Notes under the pieces: generated by a model | The model's database searches: none | Told to the model about the DNA's origin: nothing | What the model saw: only the letters and a program-made list of their open reading frames with translations | Position numbers and translations under genes: made by a program | Part shown: positions 11,001 through 22,800 of the stretch, in pieces | How the letters are laid out: each line of letters begins with the position of its first letter | How positions within the stretch are numbered: the first letter of the stretch is position 1 | Assembly (NCBI RefSeq): GCF_011386835.1 | Contig: NC_088803.1 | Location: 54,746,001 to 54,810,000, forward strand | Length of the DNA stretch: 64,000 nt | DNA from: Chrysemys picta bellii | Taxonomy: Eukaryota | Direction of reading: 5' to 3'

Positions 11001-14000
11001 TGACCTGGATGAGGAGCCAGGGGTATGGAGCCAGCTCTGAGCTGCTTCTCCTTTCCCTAGTTCTGGCTGATGCAAAGCCAACTGACAAGGAATTTCAGGG
11101 GTGATTCTAGGCCCCCAGCAGCGTTGGGATGATCCCATCACTGCTGTAACCCAGTCAGCCTGGCCTGGAGGTTGGGACCTTCCCTTTCCCGTCCCAACCG
11201 TGACACTGTTCTCCAGGCCTGGGGCACCTGCAGGTCAGACTATTGCCGTGTGCTCTGCATGGGGCTGCCCCTTACGGCCAGCCAGAGTCTGGCGCTGGTG
11301 CAGAACGCAGCACTCGCTTACTGAGCGGGGCACTTCTCTGGGAGCACATGACCCCATGCGCCGGGATCGGCACTGGCTGCCCATTGGTTTCTGCAGCCCT
11401 AAATAGCCTGGGACTGGCCTTACCTCAGAGATCAACACCTCTCTCCCTGGCCAGGCCTCCACTGCCTCTGTTGGAGAGGCACTCAAATTGGATCCCTTAG
11501 TTGTAGAACAGAGAGGGTGGCTGGCAGGGCACTCCTCTGTGAGGGCCCCAGGACTCTGGAACTTGCTCTTCCTGGGCTGAAATACCCAAATGTGGTGACC
11601 TGGGCACAGTGCCCAGTCCTCTGTTTGATGCAGGTTTGGAGGGGCTGAGGTTTTGCGGCTCAGAATGAGGAAGTGGCAGGGAGGAGCCCATTGTGTAGGT
11701 GGCTAACTGGCTGAGCTCCTGTCTGCAAGATTATTCTAATGCTGCTGGGGTTTGGTTGTAATACTAATGATCTGTTGGGGCACCTACATTCCGGGAGAGG
11801 CGTCTCTCATCTTAAATTGAAGTAAATAAACCTTAATTGAATTTCACAATTTTCTGCTCGTTAATAGAGAGGCGCTGCAAACTCCTAGTGAATGATCAGC
11901 TTCGCCTTTCCTCAGCCAGAGTTTGAACTATGGGAATGATTAAGGGATTGGAAAACCTGCCTTCAAGGAGCTCCATTTATTTAGCTTAAAGAGAAGGTTA
12001 AGGGGTGACTTGAGCCCAGTGTATAAGTACCCAACTGGGGCACAGAAATTTGATGGGGACTTTTCAGTCTAGCACAGGGGCGGGCAAACTTTTTGGCCTG
12101 AGGGCCGCATCGGGTTTTGGAAATTGTATGGAGGGCCGGTTAGGGTCCTCTCTGGTCACTCGCTGTGCCTCCCTAAACAGCCAGGCGTGGCCTGGCCCCC
12201 ACCTCCTATCCACTCCCGGCCCCCCTCAGGACTCCTGACCCATTCAACACCCCCCCCCCCCGCCGCCCTCTGACCGCCCCGACCCCTATCCACACCCCTG
12301 ACCGCCACCCCAAATTCCCCTGCCCTCTATCCAACCCCACCTGCTCCCTGCCTCCTTACTGTGCTGCCTGGAGCACCGGTGGCTGGCAGCGCTACAACCA
12401 CGCCACCTGGCTGGAGCCAGCCAGTCCACCGCACAGCACAGAGCACCGGGGTGGCTGGGCTCTACAGCTGCGCTGCCCCAGGAGCTTGCAACCCCGCTGC
12501 CCAGAGCATTGCGCCAGTGGCACGGTGCGCTGACGCTGTGGGGGAGGGGAAGAGCAGGGGAGGGGCCAGGGGCTAGCCTCCCGGGCCAGGAGCTCAGGGG
12601 CCGTGCAGGAGGGTGCCGCGGGCCGTAGCTTGCCCACCCCTGGTCTAGCAGATGAAAGTCTAACACAATCCAACGGCTGGAAGTTGAAGCAAGACCAATT
12701 CAGACTGGAAATAGGGTGCAAATTATTAACAGCGAGAGTAATTCACTATTGTGACAATGTACCAAGGGTCATGGTGGATTCTCCATCACTAGACATTTTT
12801 AAATCATACGTGTGTGTTTTTCTGGAAGATCTGCTCCAGTTCAAACAGGAATTAATTCAGGGAAGTTCTCTGGCCTGTGTTATTTGGGGGGTCGGGGCAG
12901 TATCAAACTAGATGATCAGCCAGGTCCCTTCTGGCCTTTGTGACTCTGCGTTCATGTTAGTCCAGTGATCTGAGCCAGATATGCCGCGTGTAAAAGCTGT
13001 TATAGGAATCAAATTAATCTGTGAATGCCTCTTGGGGAGAGAACCTGTCCCACAGCTAGCCTCCTTCCTGGTCCTCTTGGGGCCCTGAAGTACAGCAGCT
13101 TCCTGGAGGCAGATAACCCTTTCCTCTCTCCCCACAGGCTAAGCTGCTGTTCTCTGATGGCAAGAAGGTGATACCCAGACTGATCCACGAACAGTCAGTG
13201 CCAAAGGTAGAGCTGAGCTTCAGGGACCTGGGCTGGGAGTCTGGGGTTGGGCTTCTAATTGCTTTTTCTGTAGCAGTGGCTTGGCAGAAGCTAGGAGAGA
13301 CCCATAGCAGTATTCGATTCTTATCTGCTGATAGTGATGATCAAGAAATGGAACCAGAACCTGTAAGGGGGTGGAGCAGGGATCTCCTAGCCAGTCTGTC
13401 CTTTGTAAAGCCACCTGGCTGCAGAGGAGACCTCTGTGTAAGTGGATTTCTTGCCTCTCTGTCAGTCCTTCCGATGAGGAAATGGAATTGGGGAGAGTGA
13501 AGGCTGGGAGAGGAGAGGACTTGGACAGAGCAGTGAGGGGCCCAGACCTGGTCTCTGCCTTGGGCAGGTAGAACCCCATGTGCCCATCTCTAAGGATCAG
13601 GCTGGGGTGGCTCCACCTGCTTGAGTGGCACGCATTTCTAGGTGCAACGGAGAAGAGGGTAGTTGTCTGGGTGGCTAGAGTGCTTCCATGAGAGAGACTG
13701 GAGAGGGAGAAGGGCTGTGTTCATTCCATCACCAATTTCTTTGCCAGCGTGCCCGGCAGATGGAAGAGGAATCGAGTCGGCGAGGAAGCCCTGTTCCCAA
13801 AAAGGTAAGGACCATGCAAGGACTCCACCCCGACACACTGCCTCATGGGGAAGCTTGGCCCTCGTTTCTCGTGCAGGCCTCACTGGCTGCTCCCTCCCCA
13901 TCCCTGAGAGAGGGTTAGGAAGGGGGCAGCCTCCAGGGCAGCCTGTGGCCCCCACTCTACTCAGCAATGCTAGCTCCTTTTGCCCAGTCTCAGCATTTCT

Positions 14001-17000
14001 TATAGCTGCTCTTAACCGTTTCATCATGTGGTTGGGAGAGCCGCCTTCCCAGCAGGGAATGCACGTGTGCTTCTCAGGTGAGTGCTGGATGAGTGAGCAA
14101 ATGAGGGATTTCTCTCTTGCAGAGGAAGGGGCGACCTCCAGGGCAGAGCCTGCTGAATGATCGTGGAGCCCCAGGTGTGGCCACGTAAGTGTGGAGATAA
14201 AAGGGGGGAGACACAAGGCTGGCTGAGGAAGGGTAGGGCAGCCCAGCTATCTTTCTCCTGGTGTGTTTCTCACAAATGGATTGCCAAGTGGGCAAGATGC
14301 TTTCAGCTGAGGTTGACTCGTCCTCTCTCTGAGTCCAAGCCCTACAGGGAGGCAGTTCCAAACACGAGAGCTGCAGGGCAGAAGGTTTTTGGCTGTGGTG
14401 AGATTGTGCATTTGGGCAAACAGGAGGCTCAGGCGAGGGGAGTGAAGACACACGTGGTCGGCTGGAGCCTGGCCACGAAGGGGTTTAAATGCAAGCTCAA
14501 ACAAGCGAATGAGGAACCTATAGATGGGAGTGCTGTGGCCCCACTCCCTGCCAGTGAGAAGGCAGAAGCATAGTGCATGTGCTGGAGACAGGAGGTCAGG
14601 GACTCAGAAGCCATAGAGAAGGAAATTGCAGTAACAGAGGTGACGAAGATCTGCCGAGAAGATGGAGACCTGTGTAGGATTTGGGCCAAGTCAAGGCAGC
14701 TGCACATAGGGGCAGTGAGCCACGCAGGTGGCAATGACAGATTTTCAGCCATATGGGATGTAGAGGAAAACTCATGGCCAAGCGTGGCATTCAGGGTAGG
14801 GCCTCTGGAGGGAAATGGAAGGTCTGAGTCAAGAAGGAAGAGGAGTGTCTGGAGCTCAACTTGGGGGCGCCTCCTGGCTAAGAGAAGCATTTCTCTGTGT
14901 GAGACCTGCACAGCTTTTCTTCAGCTAAATGAGCCTGGTCAGTGAGGCCGGGGGGAGGGTCACTGAAGGGCCTGAAATATGTGTGGCTGAGTATTGTCAG
15001 GGTAAGGTTCAAGGCAGGATCAGAGGAGCCAGGGGCCATCCAAGAGAGCAGAGGCCATGAGTCTTGTGGGACTCAGAGAGGAGGGGTTGATGTGGAAGAG
15101 GATCCAGCACCAGAGAAATGGGGGGGTGGGGGCGGAGGGATATTCAGGGGTGCTCTGTCTGTCTGGAGAGGGGGAGGGGATGTATGTCCTGATCAGGAGA
15201 GCAGAATCGTTTCAGGCTGTAAGCAGCTTGGATTAGTAAAATCTAGGGCTGGCAAGATGACCAGCCCTCCCCATGGGGTCTGCTCCTGACAGGCCCTTTC
15301 CTAGTGCTTTTTATCCAGTGTTGATTTAAATTCTTTTGTGGCTTCTTGGCATGAGTCCTCTGGGAATTCAGGCCTCTTCTGTGTTTTCCCCGTCAGGTGG
15401 AAGCTCAAATCCTGTGAGCCAGTGCGCCGGGAGGGACCGAAGGTACAGTGTGCAGCTGGCTGCCTTTCGCTGGGCTTGGCTCAGTAGTGCTCCACGCAGC
15501 CTCCCTTCTCCCCATTGCCTCTGGCAGTGATCGTCCTGCCACCCACAGGAACAGAGGCTGATTCTAGGCCAGGCTTTACCCAGCTCTGCCACCTCCCTGC
15601 AGTGGCAAAGTAGGGAGAGCAATGGGCTGGGTGGAGGCCCTCATCTCCTGCCTCCCTACCCACTCCCCGGTGCAGCCCAGCAGCTTGGAGGACATAGACT
15701 CCTCCTGGCTATGGATGATCTGTCCCAGGGCAGCACGTTCTGCTGGGAAGGCCAGAGAAACTCCACTGCCTGTTCGATCAGTCAAGGTATGAGACGTATT
15801 TTCCCCTCCATGGAGCCCACGAGCCTGCAGCTTGTCAGCCCCACCAGAGCCACTGGGGCCCCTGCAAGAGTTTGCCACAGAAATCTGAGGCTCAAAGGTG
15901 GGGTGCTGGATCTGGATCTGTTGGGTTTCTAATCTCTGCCCCTTTCCCAATCGCTCTGTAGTGGGATCCAGCCCGGCTGACTGAGTCCACAACCTTTGTG
16001 CTGGGATCTCGAGCAAACAAGTAAGGAATCGTCCTGTGGGGTGCTGGCTCTGTGCCCTGTAGTTCTGGGTGAGGGGAAGAAGGGGGCAGCGGCACTGTCT
16101 CTGGGGCTGGAGCCCATGGTTCTCCTCTCACTAGTTAAATATCTCTGCACTCTGAAGCAGAGTGGGAAGGGCACGGGCTCTGGGGACGGAAGGAAGCCTC
16201 CATACATCACACTTCAGCTGCCCCTGTGCACAGGCCTAACCCCCCTTCCCCCACCATGTTCCTGTTTCAGGGCTCTTGGAATGGGAGGAACCAGAGGGCG
16301 ACTCTACATCAAACACCCCCATCTCTTTAAGGTCAGAAACCTCAGCACAATGCTTCCCTTTTTGGGGTTTGCTCAGAACTTGCTTGTGACGGGGGTGGGG
16401 AATATATCCTTGTGCTTGTATGTTCTGTCCCCTCTCACACCCTGCTGACGTTGCTTGTCGTCTCCTGGGGCAGGGATGTTACCTCACAATAGATTTAAAA
16501 ATGCTGTTAAAGCTAATGTAATACACTAGACTTGCTTCCCGTGGGGTGATGAATTTGCCTGGCACAGGAGGCTTTGCCTTGAGGAGTAAGCAGGATGGGA
16601 CTGAGTCCTCATTCATAGACGATCTCTTACTGGGAGACATGGGGTTACCCCTGGGTTTCCACAGAGGAGGACGGGCCTGGGCTCTGAGTCCACACCCAGA
16701 AGTTGCCCCATGATGGTGGCTACAGATGTTGGTATGTCGCTTGTGGTGTTCTCACCTTGCTGCTCTGTTGCAGTATGCGGCTGATCCTCAAGACAAGCAC
16801 TGGCTGGCAGAACAGCAGCACATGAGGGCCACAGGGGGCAAGATGGTGAGTGTGGCCAGGCCTGGCTCCTGCCACAGCCTGGGATCTTGATGGGGACGGG
16901 GAGAGAATCGTAAAGTAAACTGGTTCAGAATTAAGTGTGCAAATAAGCAGAAGCCAGTGTAGTAAGCAACGGATTCCAGGGGCCCGGGTTTGCTCGTCCA

Positions 17001-17958
17001 TACTGCAGCCCCTTCAGAGCACCGTCTGGCAGGCCGCTCTCTGCACCTCGTCACTTGGGGCTGAGATTTGGCAGCTGTTGCTTCAGCCTAGGAAGTCATC
17101 CGCTTTGATGCGACTGTTATGATGATGAGGGTTTGTAAGAGTGAGCAAGGTGGAACCGTGAGATACAGAAAACCACTTCCCCTGGACTCTCAGGAGCAAT
17201 TCTGCTCACACCTGACCTGGTTTCTTTGAGGTATTGGGGGATGGGTGCTATTTACAAAGCTAGCACCGCTACTTCATGCCAGCAGATCTCATTTCTGAGT
17301 AGCCAAATGGAAAATCTTCTTAGCCTGTGTATGTTCAACCCGAATGGCTCCTAACCATCTCTCGTTTCCCAATTGCTGCAGGCGTACCTCCTCATAGAGG
17401 AGGATATTCAGGATCTGGCAGCCAGTGATGATTACAGGTGAGGCAAGGAACCAAGACTTCAGCTGTGCTGAAATCCCTGCCCTCTCCCCTTATAAAACAA
17501 GAAATGACTGGGGGAGGGGATGGGGGAGTCGTCATACCCACAGGGCGCAAGAGAGCGAGCAAGGTCAGGAGGCAGAGTGGGTCCTGCCTAGTATTGTGCT
17601 CTACCGATGATCTCAGCACCCACGACTGGGATGAGACTTCTCAGCACCCAGTGTGTGCCCACCATGCTGCACTCTCCTGAAAATCAGACTTCTCCTGGGA
17701 GCCCTGCTGTCTGGACAATCTTACCTCAGTCGTGGGTGCGGAGTTTTCCTGAAACTGTGACCAGACAGTGTCTGTGTCCCTCCCCACATGCTCACTCCTG
17801 TCTCCCACTTGCTCACCAGGGGCTCTCCTGATTTGAAGCTGGAAGAACTAAAACCTTTTATCCCACCTGCATGGATGACTGAAAAGATGCAGAAATATAT
17901 GGAGACACTTCGCCATGAAGGGGACCCACAGCCTCCAGAGGGAACCCATGAAACATAA
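8094..17958 (+). CDS. DNTTIP1: Deoxynucleotidyltransferase terminal-interacting protein 1 (MiDAC subunit), 13 exons, ~321 aa
   Basis: Exons 8094-8171, 8463-8533, 9700-9796, 10320-10418, 13138-13206, 13748-13804, 14123-14184, 15397-15442, 15962-16020, 16271-16331, 16774-16845, 17382-17437, 17820-17958; phases are consistent. Peptides PWNIMIKHRQVQRRGRRSQM, FTDPAVSMDLLRAVLQPSINEEI, RKGRPP, WDPARL..STTFVLGSRANKALGMGGTRGR, YAADPQDKHWL. AATAAA at 18291-18296. Confidence 0.96.
9112..9376 (-). mobile_element. CR1 3' UTR fragment, antisense in DNTTIP1 intron 2
   Basis: Reverse complement of the CR1 tail (CATAAGAAC..., CCATCTAGCCC, GGCTAATAGCC). Confidence 0.8.
11930..12930 (+). mobile_element. Old CR1 3' fragment, interrupted by a hAT MITE
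   Basis: Degraded ORF2 (SNGWKLKQDQFRLEI...SPSLDIFKS) and a CR1-like tail; continuous across the MITE. Confidence 0.7.
12075..12642. mobile_element. hAT (Charlie-type) non-autonomous element
   Basis: TIRs CAGGGGCGGGCAAACT / AGCTTGCCCACCCCTG; perfect 8-bp TSD GTCTAGCA (12067-12074, 12643-12650). Confidence 0.9.
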
Positions 17959-18785
17959 GAAACCTCACCCTCCCTGCCAAGTGGCGCCCAGTCACAGCCT
18001 GTCACAACATGGACTCTCACGGGAGTTTCCCTATCTTTCCTTCCTTTGTGTTTCACTGGACATGTTGGGGCTTGTGCTTTTGTTGGCCCAGGTACCAGAA
18101 TGCTGCCCACAGGGAACAGCAGTGCAGAGCTGTGATTAAACCTCCTGAGAGTTGTTTGGGCCATTCCCCTTAGTCAGTGGTGGCTGGCAGTAAACAAAGT
18201 CACTGGCTGCTTCCTGCTTCTCTTCAGAGCTGCACTTTTCTATTTGTGTGAACTTCCTGTTTCAGATCCTCTGTGTACAAACAGATTTGTAATAAATGCT
18301 GCTGCCAGAACCCGCTGTGCCCATGCAAAGGCAGTTACCGTGGGGGGAAATAGCTGTAGTGGGAAAGAGGGATATGGAGCTGTTCCTTATACAGAGCTAA
18401 TCAGGGAAGGAGTGAGAGTTTCTCCCACTTCTTGGGGCTAGGGAAAGAGGACATTTGAGCTGCTACTCCTGCCTCCTTATGGAGAAGGTTCTTTAGTAGT
18501 GCTCCCATTGCTGATAGGGCAGAGGGTCTAGAGTTTGAATTCCTGTGCTGCCATATTCCTCAGTGCTTTGGCCACAGCCAGCCTGCTGGCATCCATCAGC
18601 TGCTATCATTAAAGCTGGGCCCTGCTTCCTCTGTGGAGCTGTGATTTTACAGACAGAAGTGATGACTTATCCAGCACCCCAACCTGCACGTTGCTCCACA
18701 GAGCCAAGCTGGGTAAGTTACATCTTTAGTTGGAGGGGAGAGAGATAAGCTTTCAGCTACACCGAGCTCTCCTGCAGGTCCCTGC

Positions 18786-18908
18786 TAGGGTCACCATATG
18801 TTCTGATTTTATAGGGACAGTCCTGATTTTTGGGGTCTTTTTCTTATATAGGCTCCTATTACTCCCCCCCCCCCCCTGATTTTTTACATTTGCTGTCTGG
18901 TCACCCTC
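18786..18908 (+). mobile_element. ~123-bp hAT MITE (TAGGGTGACC family)
   Basis: TIRs TAGGGTCACCA / TGGTCACCCTC; perfect TSD GTCCCTGC; same family as 19229-19336 and 61172-61295. Confidence 0.85.
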
Positions 18909-19228
18909 GTCCCTGCCCAGGCAGCGTGGGGGGTCTCTGCCTCGTGGAGCTTGCTACCGAATAGAGAACTTAAGGGCTGCCCTGGAAAACAAGCTGCTTG
19001 TGCCCCAGAGTCTGGGCTCCCTGGCACGCAGCACATGGTGTTCTGCTTGTTACATGTGTGTGTTCCCCAAGGCTGGGCTAGGCTGGCTGCACAGGGCGGG
19101 GGAGGCTGTGGGTGCAAAGGCCTGTGCAGCTGCCTAGGCCGGGTGGAGCAGGCCGGCTCTGCAATGCGGAGGCCCGGGCTGGCTTGACCCTCTCCCAGCA
19201 GCCGGGCCCGTCTGCCCTGGTCCCTAGG

Positions 19229-19336
19229 TAGGGTGACCAGCTGTCCTGATTTTATAGGGACAGTCCCAACATTTGGGGCTTTTTCTTATATAGGCTCCTA
19301 TTACCCCCCACCCCTGTCCGGATTGCTGTCTGGTCA
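19229..19336 (+). mobile_element. 3'-truncated hAT MITE (TAGGGTGACC family)
   Basis: Near-identical body to 18786-18908; the right TIR is cut after TGGTCA. Confidence 0.8.
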
Positions 19337-19381
19337 GCAAGTGTCGGGGGTAGCCGGGTTAGTCTGTACCTACAAAAACAA

Positions 19382-19563
19382 CAAGGAGTCTGGGGGCACC
19401 ATACAGACAAACAGATTGATGGGGGCAGAAGCTTCACTGTCAGTACAGAATGCCTGCCTCTGTCCCCTTCACTCCCTGCAGCTGCAGAAGTGGGGTTTTA
19501 CCCACGACAGCTTCTGCCCCCATCAATCTGTTCGGCTGTAAGGGGCCCCCGGACTCCTCCTTG
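19382..19563. repeat. Inverted repeat, probably a Penelope-like pseudo-LTR relic
   Basis: Arms 19382-19433 and 19509-19563 share a perfect 24-nt core (AACAGATTGATGGGGGCAGAAGCT); related to the hairpin at 56654-56740. Confidence 0.7.
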
Positions 19564-19639
19564 TTCTTGTCTGGGCACCGTATCGCTCGGCTGGGGCTGC
19601 CCCCAGAACTGCTGGTTACTGGTCCTTTAAGAGCCCTGC

Positions 19640-19878
19640 CCCGCCCTTCTCGGCCTCGGCCACCGTCACAGCCAATCCCGGGTAATTGACATTCCACCGG
19701 GCCAATCCTGAGGCCGATGGAGCCGGAGGCCGGTTGCCTGGCCGCCCCCGTCGAGCCGCGATTGGCTGGATCGAAACAAAACGGGCCGCTGATTGGCTGA
19801 GGAGGCGGAGGTCCGTTTCAAACGCCGGAGCGGGAGCGAGCGGCCGCGGGAGCGCGGGCGGGGCTAAGTAGCGCTGCG
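19640..19878 (+). promoter_or_regulatory. UBE2C cell-cycle promoter (NF-Y boxes and CHR)
   Basis: CCAAT at 19672 and 19702; ATTGG at 19761 and 19792; TTCAAA (reverse of TTTGAA, CHR) at 19817-19822; CpG island. Confidence 0.75.
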
Positions 19879-22800
19879 ATGGCCTCGCAGAACGCGGACC
19901 CCGCCGCCCGGCCCAGCGCCGCCCGCAAGGGGACCGAGCCCGGCAGCAGCGCGGCCCGCGGCTCCGTGGGGAAGCGGTGAGCGGGCGGGAGGGTCCCGTC
20001 CGGGCCGGTCCGGTCCGGTCCGGTCCGGTCCGGCACCGGGCGGGCCGGGGAGCTGCGGGCCGGTGGGTTGGGGCGGACCGGCGGGAGAGGCCGGGCGGGA
20101 GGGACCGGCCAGTGGGTTGGGTGGACCGGCGGGAGGGGAGCTGGGGACCGGCGGGCGGACCGGCGGGAGGGACCGGGCCGGGCGGACCGACCGGGGAGCT
20201 GCGGGCCGCGCCCCCTGACCCTGTCCCCTCTGTCCCGCAGGCTGCAGCAGGAGCTGATGGCGCTGATGGTGAGTCGGGCCGCCGGGCGCTGGGGCCGGGC
20301 CGGGCCGGGGGATGCTCCCTGGGGCCGGGGCGGGTTGGCCCCGGGCCCGCCCTGGGGGCTGCGGCGGGGGGTGGCCGGGCCGGGCGCTCGCTCCTAACCC
20401 GTGTCCCGTCCCCGCTCAGATGGCCGGCGACAAAGGGATCTCCGCCTTCCCCGAGTCGGACAATCTCTTCCGCTGGATCGGGACCATCGACGGTGCCGCT
20501 GGGACGGTGAGCGAGGGGCCGAGCTGGGCTGGGGGGACTGGCGAGCCCGCGGCTCTGGGGAGCAGGGGGGCACGGAGGGGTCAGGGTCCGCCCGGCTAAC
20601 GCCTCCCTGCCTGTCTCCCCCAGGTGTACGAGGAGCTGAGGTATAAGCTCTCCCTGGAGTTCCCCGACGGGTATCCCTACAACGCCCCCACCGTCAAGTT
20701 CCTCACCCCCTGCTACCACCCCAACGTGGACACGCAGGGCAACATCTGCTTGGACATCCTCAAGGACAAGTGGTCGGCGCTCTACGACGTCCGGACGATC
20801 CTGCTGTCCATTCAGAGCCTGCTGGGAGGTGAGGCTGCCTGGGCATCGCCCCCCGGTGTCCTGCGGCTCTGAGTTCCTGGGCTCCCCTTTCCCATCCCAG
20901 CCTCCTCCCGCTCCCCTTGCTTGCCCAAAGCATGTCCTTGCCTCCGAGTGTGCACCGTGATCAGCCCATCACGCTGACCAGTATTGCTTCATCATTCCCT
21001 TGTGCTCCTCCATCTGCTGTCTCATCCGATACTGGGACCGTCACGGCAGCTCTCTGGGGCAGGGACGGAGCTTTTGTTAGGTTTGTACAAGGCCTGGTAC
21101 GATTGCGGCTTTGTCCGTGCCCGGGGTTCCTAGGTGCTACCATGATACAAATAGAATAACTGCTACAGCGGACAGCGATCAGGCTGGGGTGTGAGCCAGG
21201 GGAGGAAGGCATCATGGCGGGAAGCATGTGACCAGACGCTAAACAACCAGTGGGGCCAGGGGACGATGGAAGGGCCAAAGGAGCACTCAAGGAGATGAGG
21301 CCATTGCGGAGAAACTAAATGAATTCTTTGCATCAGTCTTCATGGCTGCGGATGTGAGGGAGATTCCCAAACCTGAGCCATTCTTTTTAGGTGACAGATC
21401 TGAGGAACTGTCCCAGATTGAGGTGTCATTAGAGGAGGTTTTGGAACAAATTGATAAACTAAATAGTAATAAGTCACCAGGACCAGATGGTATCACCCAA
21501 GAGTTCTGAAGGAACTCAGATGTGAAATTGCAGAACTACTAACTGTAGTCTGTAACCTATCACTTAAATCAACTGCTGTACCAAATGACTGGCAGATAGC
21601 TAATGTGACACCAATTTTTTAAAAGGATTCCTGAGGTGATCCCAGCAATTACAGGCCTGTAAGCCTGACTTCAGTACTGGGCAAACTGGTTGAAACTATA
21701 ATAAAGAACAATATTGCCAGACATATAGATGAACCTAATTTGTTGAGGAAAAGTCAACATGGTTTTAGTAAAGGGAAATCATGCCTCATCAATCTACTAG
21801 AATTCTTTGAGGGGGTCAACAAGCATGTGGACCAAGGGGATCCACTGAATATAGTGTACTTAGGTGTTCAGAAAGCCTTTGACAAGGTCCCTCAAAGGGT
21901 CTTACGCAAAGTAAGCTGCCATGGGATAAGAGGGAAGGTCCTCTCATGGACTGGTAACTGTTTAAAAGACAGGAAACAAAGGGTAGGAATAAATGGTCAG
22001 TTTTCAGAATGGAGAGAGGTAAATGGTGGTGTCCCCCAGGGGTCTGTACTGGGCCCAGTCCTATTCAACATATTCATAAATGATCTGGAAAAAGGGGTAA
22101 ACAGGTGGCAAAATTTGCAGATGATACAAAATTACTAAAGATCATTAAGTCCCAGGCAGACTGCAAAGAGCTACAAAAGGATCTCACAAAACTGGGTGAC
22201 TGGGCAACAAAATGGCAGATGAAGTTTAATGTTGATAAATGCAAAGTAATGCACATTGGAAAACATAATCCCAACTATACATATAAAATGATGGGGTTTA
22301 AATTAGCGGTTACCACTCAAGAAAGAGATCTTGGTGTCATTGTGGATAGTTCTCTGAAAATATCCACTCAATGTGCAGCGGCAGTCAAAAAATGAACAGA
22401 ATGCTGGGAATAATTAAGAAAGGGATAGATAATAGGACAGAAAATATCATGTTGTCTCTATATAAATCCATGGTACACCCACATCTTAAATACTGTGTGC
22501 AGATGTGGTTGCCCCATCTTTAAAAGATGTATTGGAATTGGAAAAGGTTCAGAAAAGGGCAACAAAAATGATTAGGGGTGTGGAAGGGTTTCCATATGAG
22601 GAGAGATTAATAAGACTAGCATTTTTCAGCTTGGAAAAGAGACAGCTAAAGGGAGATCTGATTGAGGTCTATAAAATCATGACTGGTGTAGAGAAAGTAG
22701 ACAACACAAGAACTAAGGGTCACCAAATGAAATTAATAGGTAGCAGGTTTAAAACAAATAAAAGGAAGTATTTCTTCACACAACCTGTGGAACTCCTTGC

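Noticed and set aside
19616-20719. 367-aa antisense ORF over UBE2C
   Set aside because: Stop codons are depleted by the extreme GC content; no domain features.
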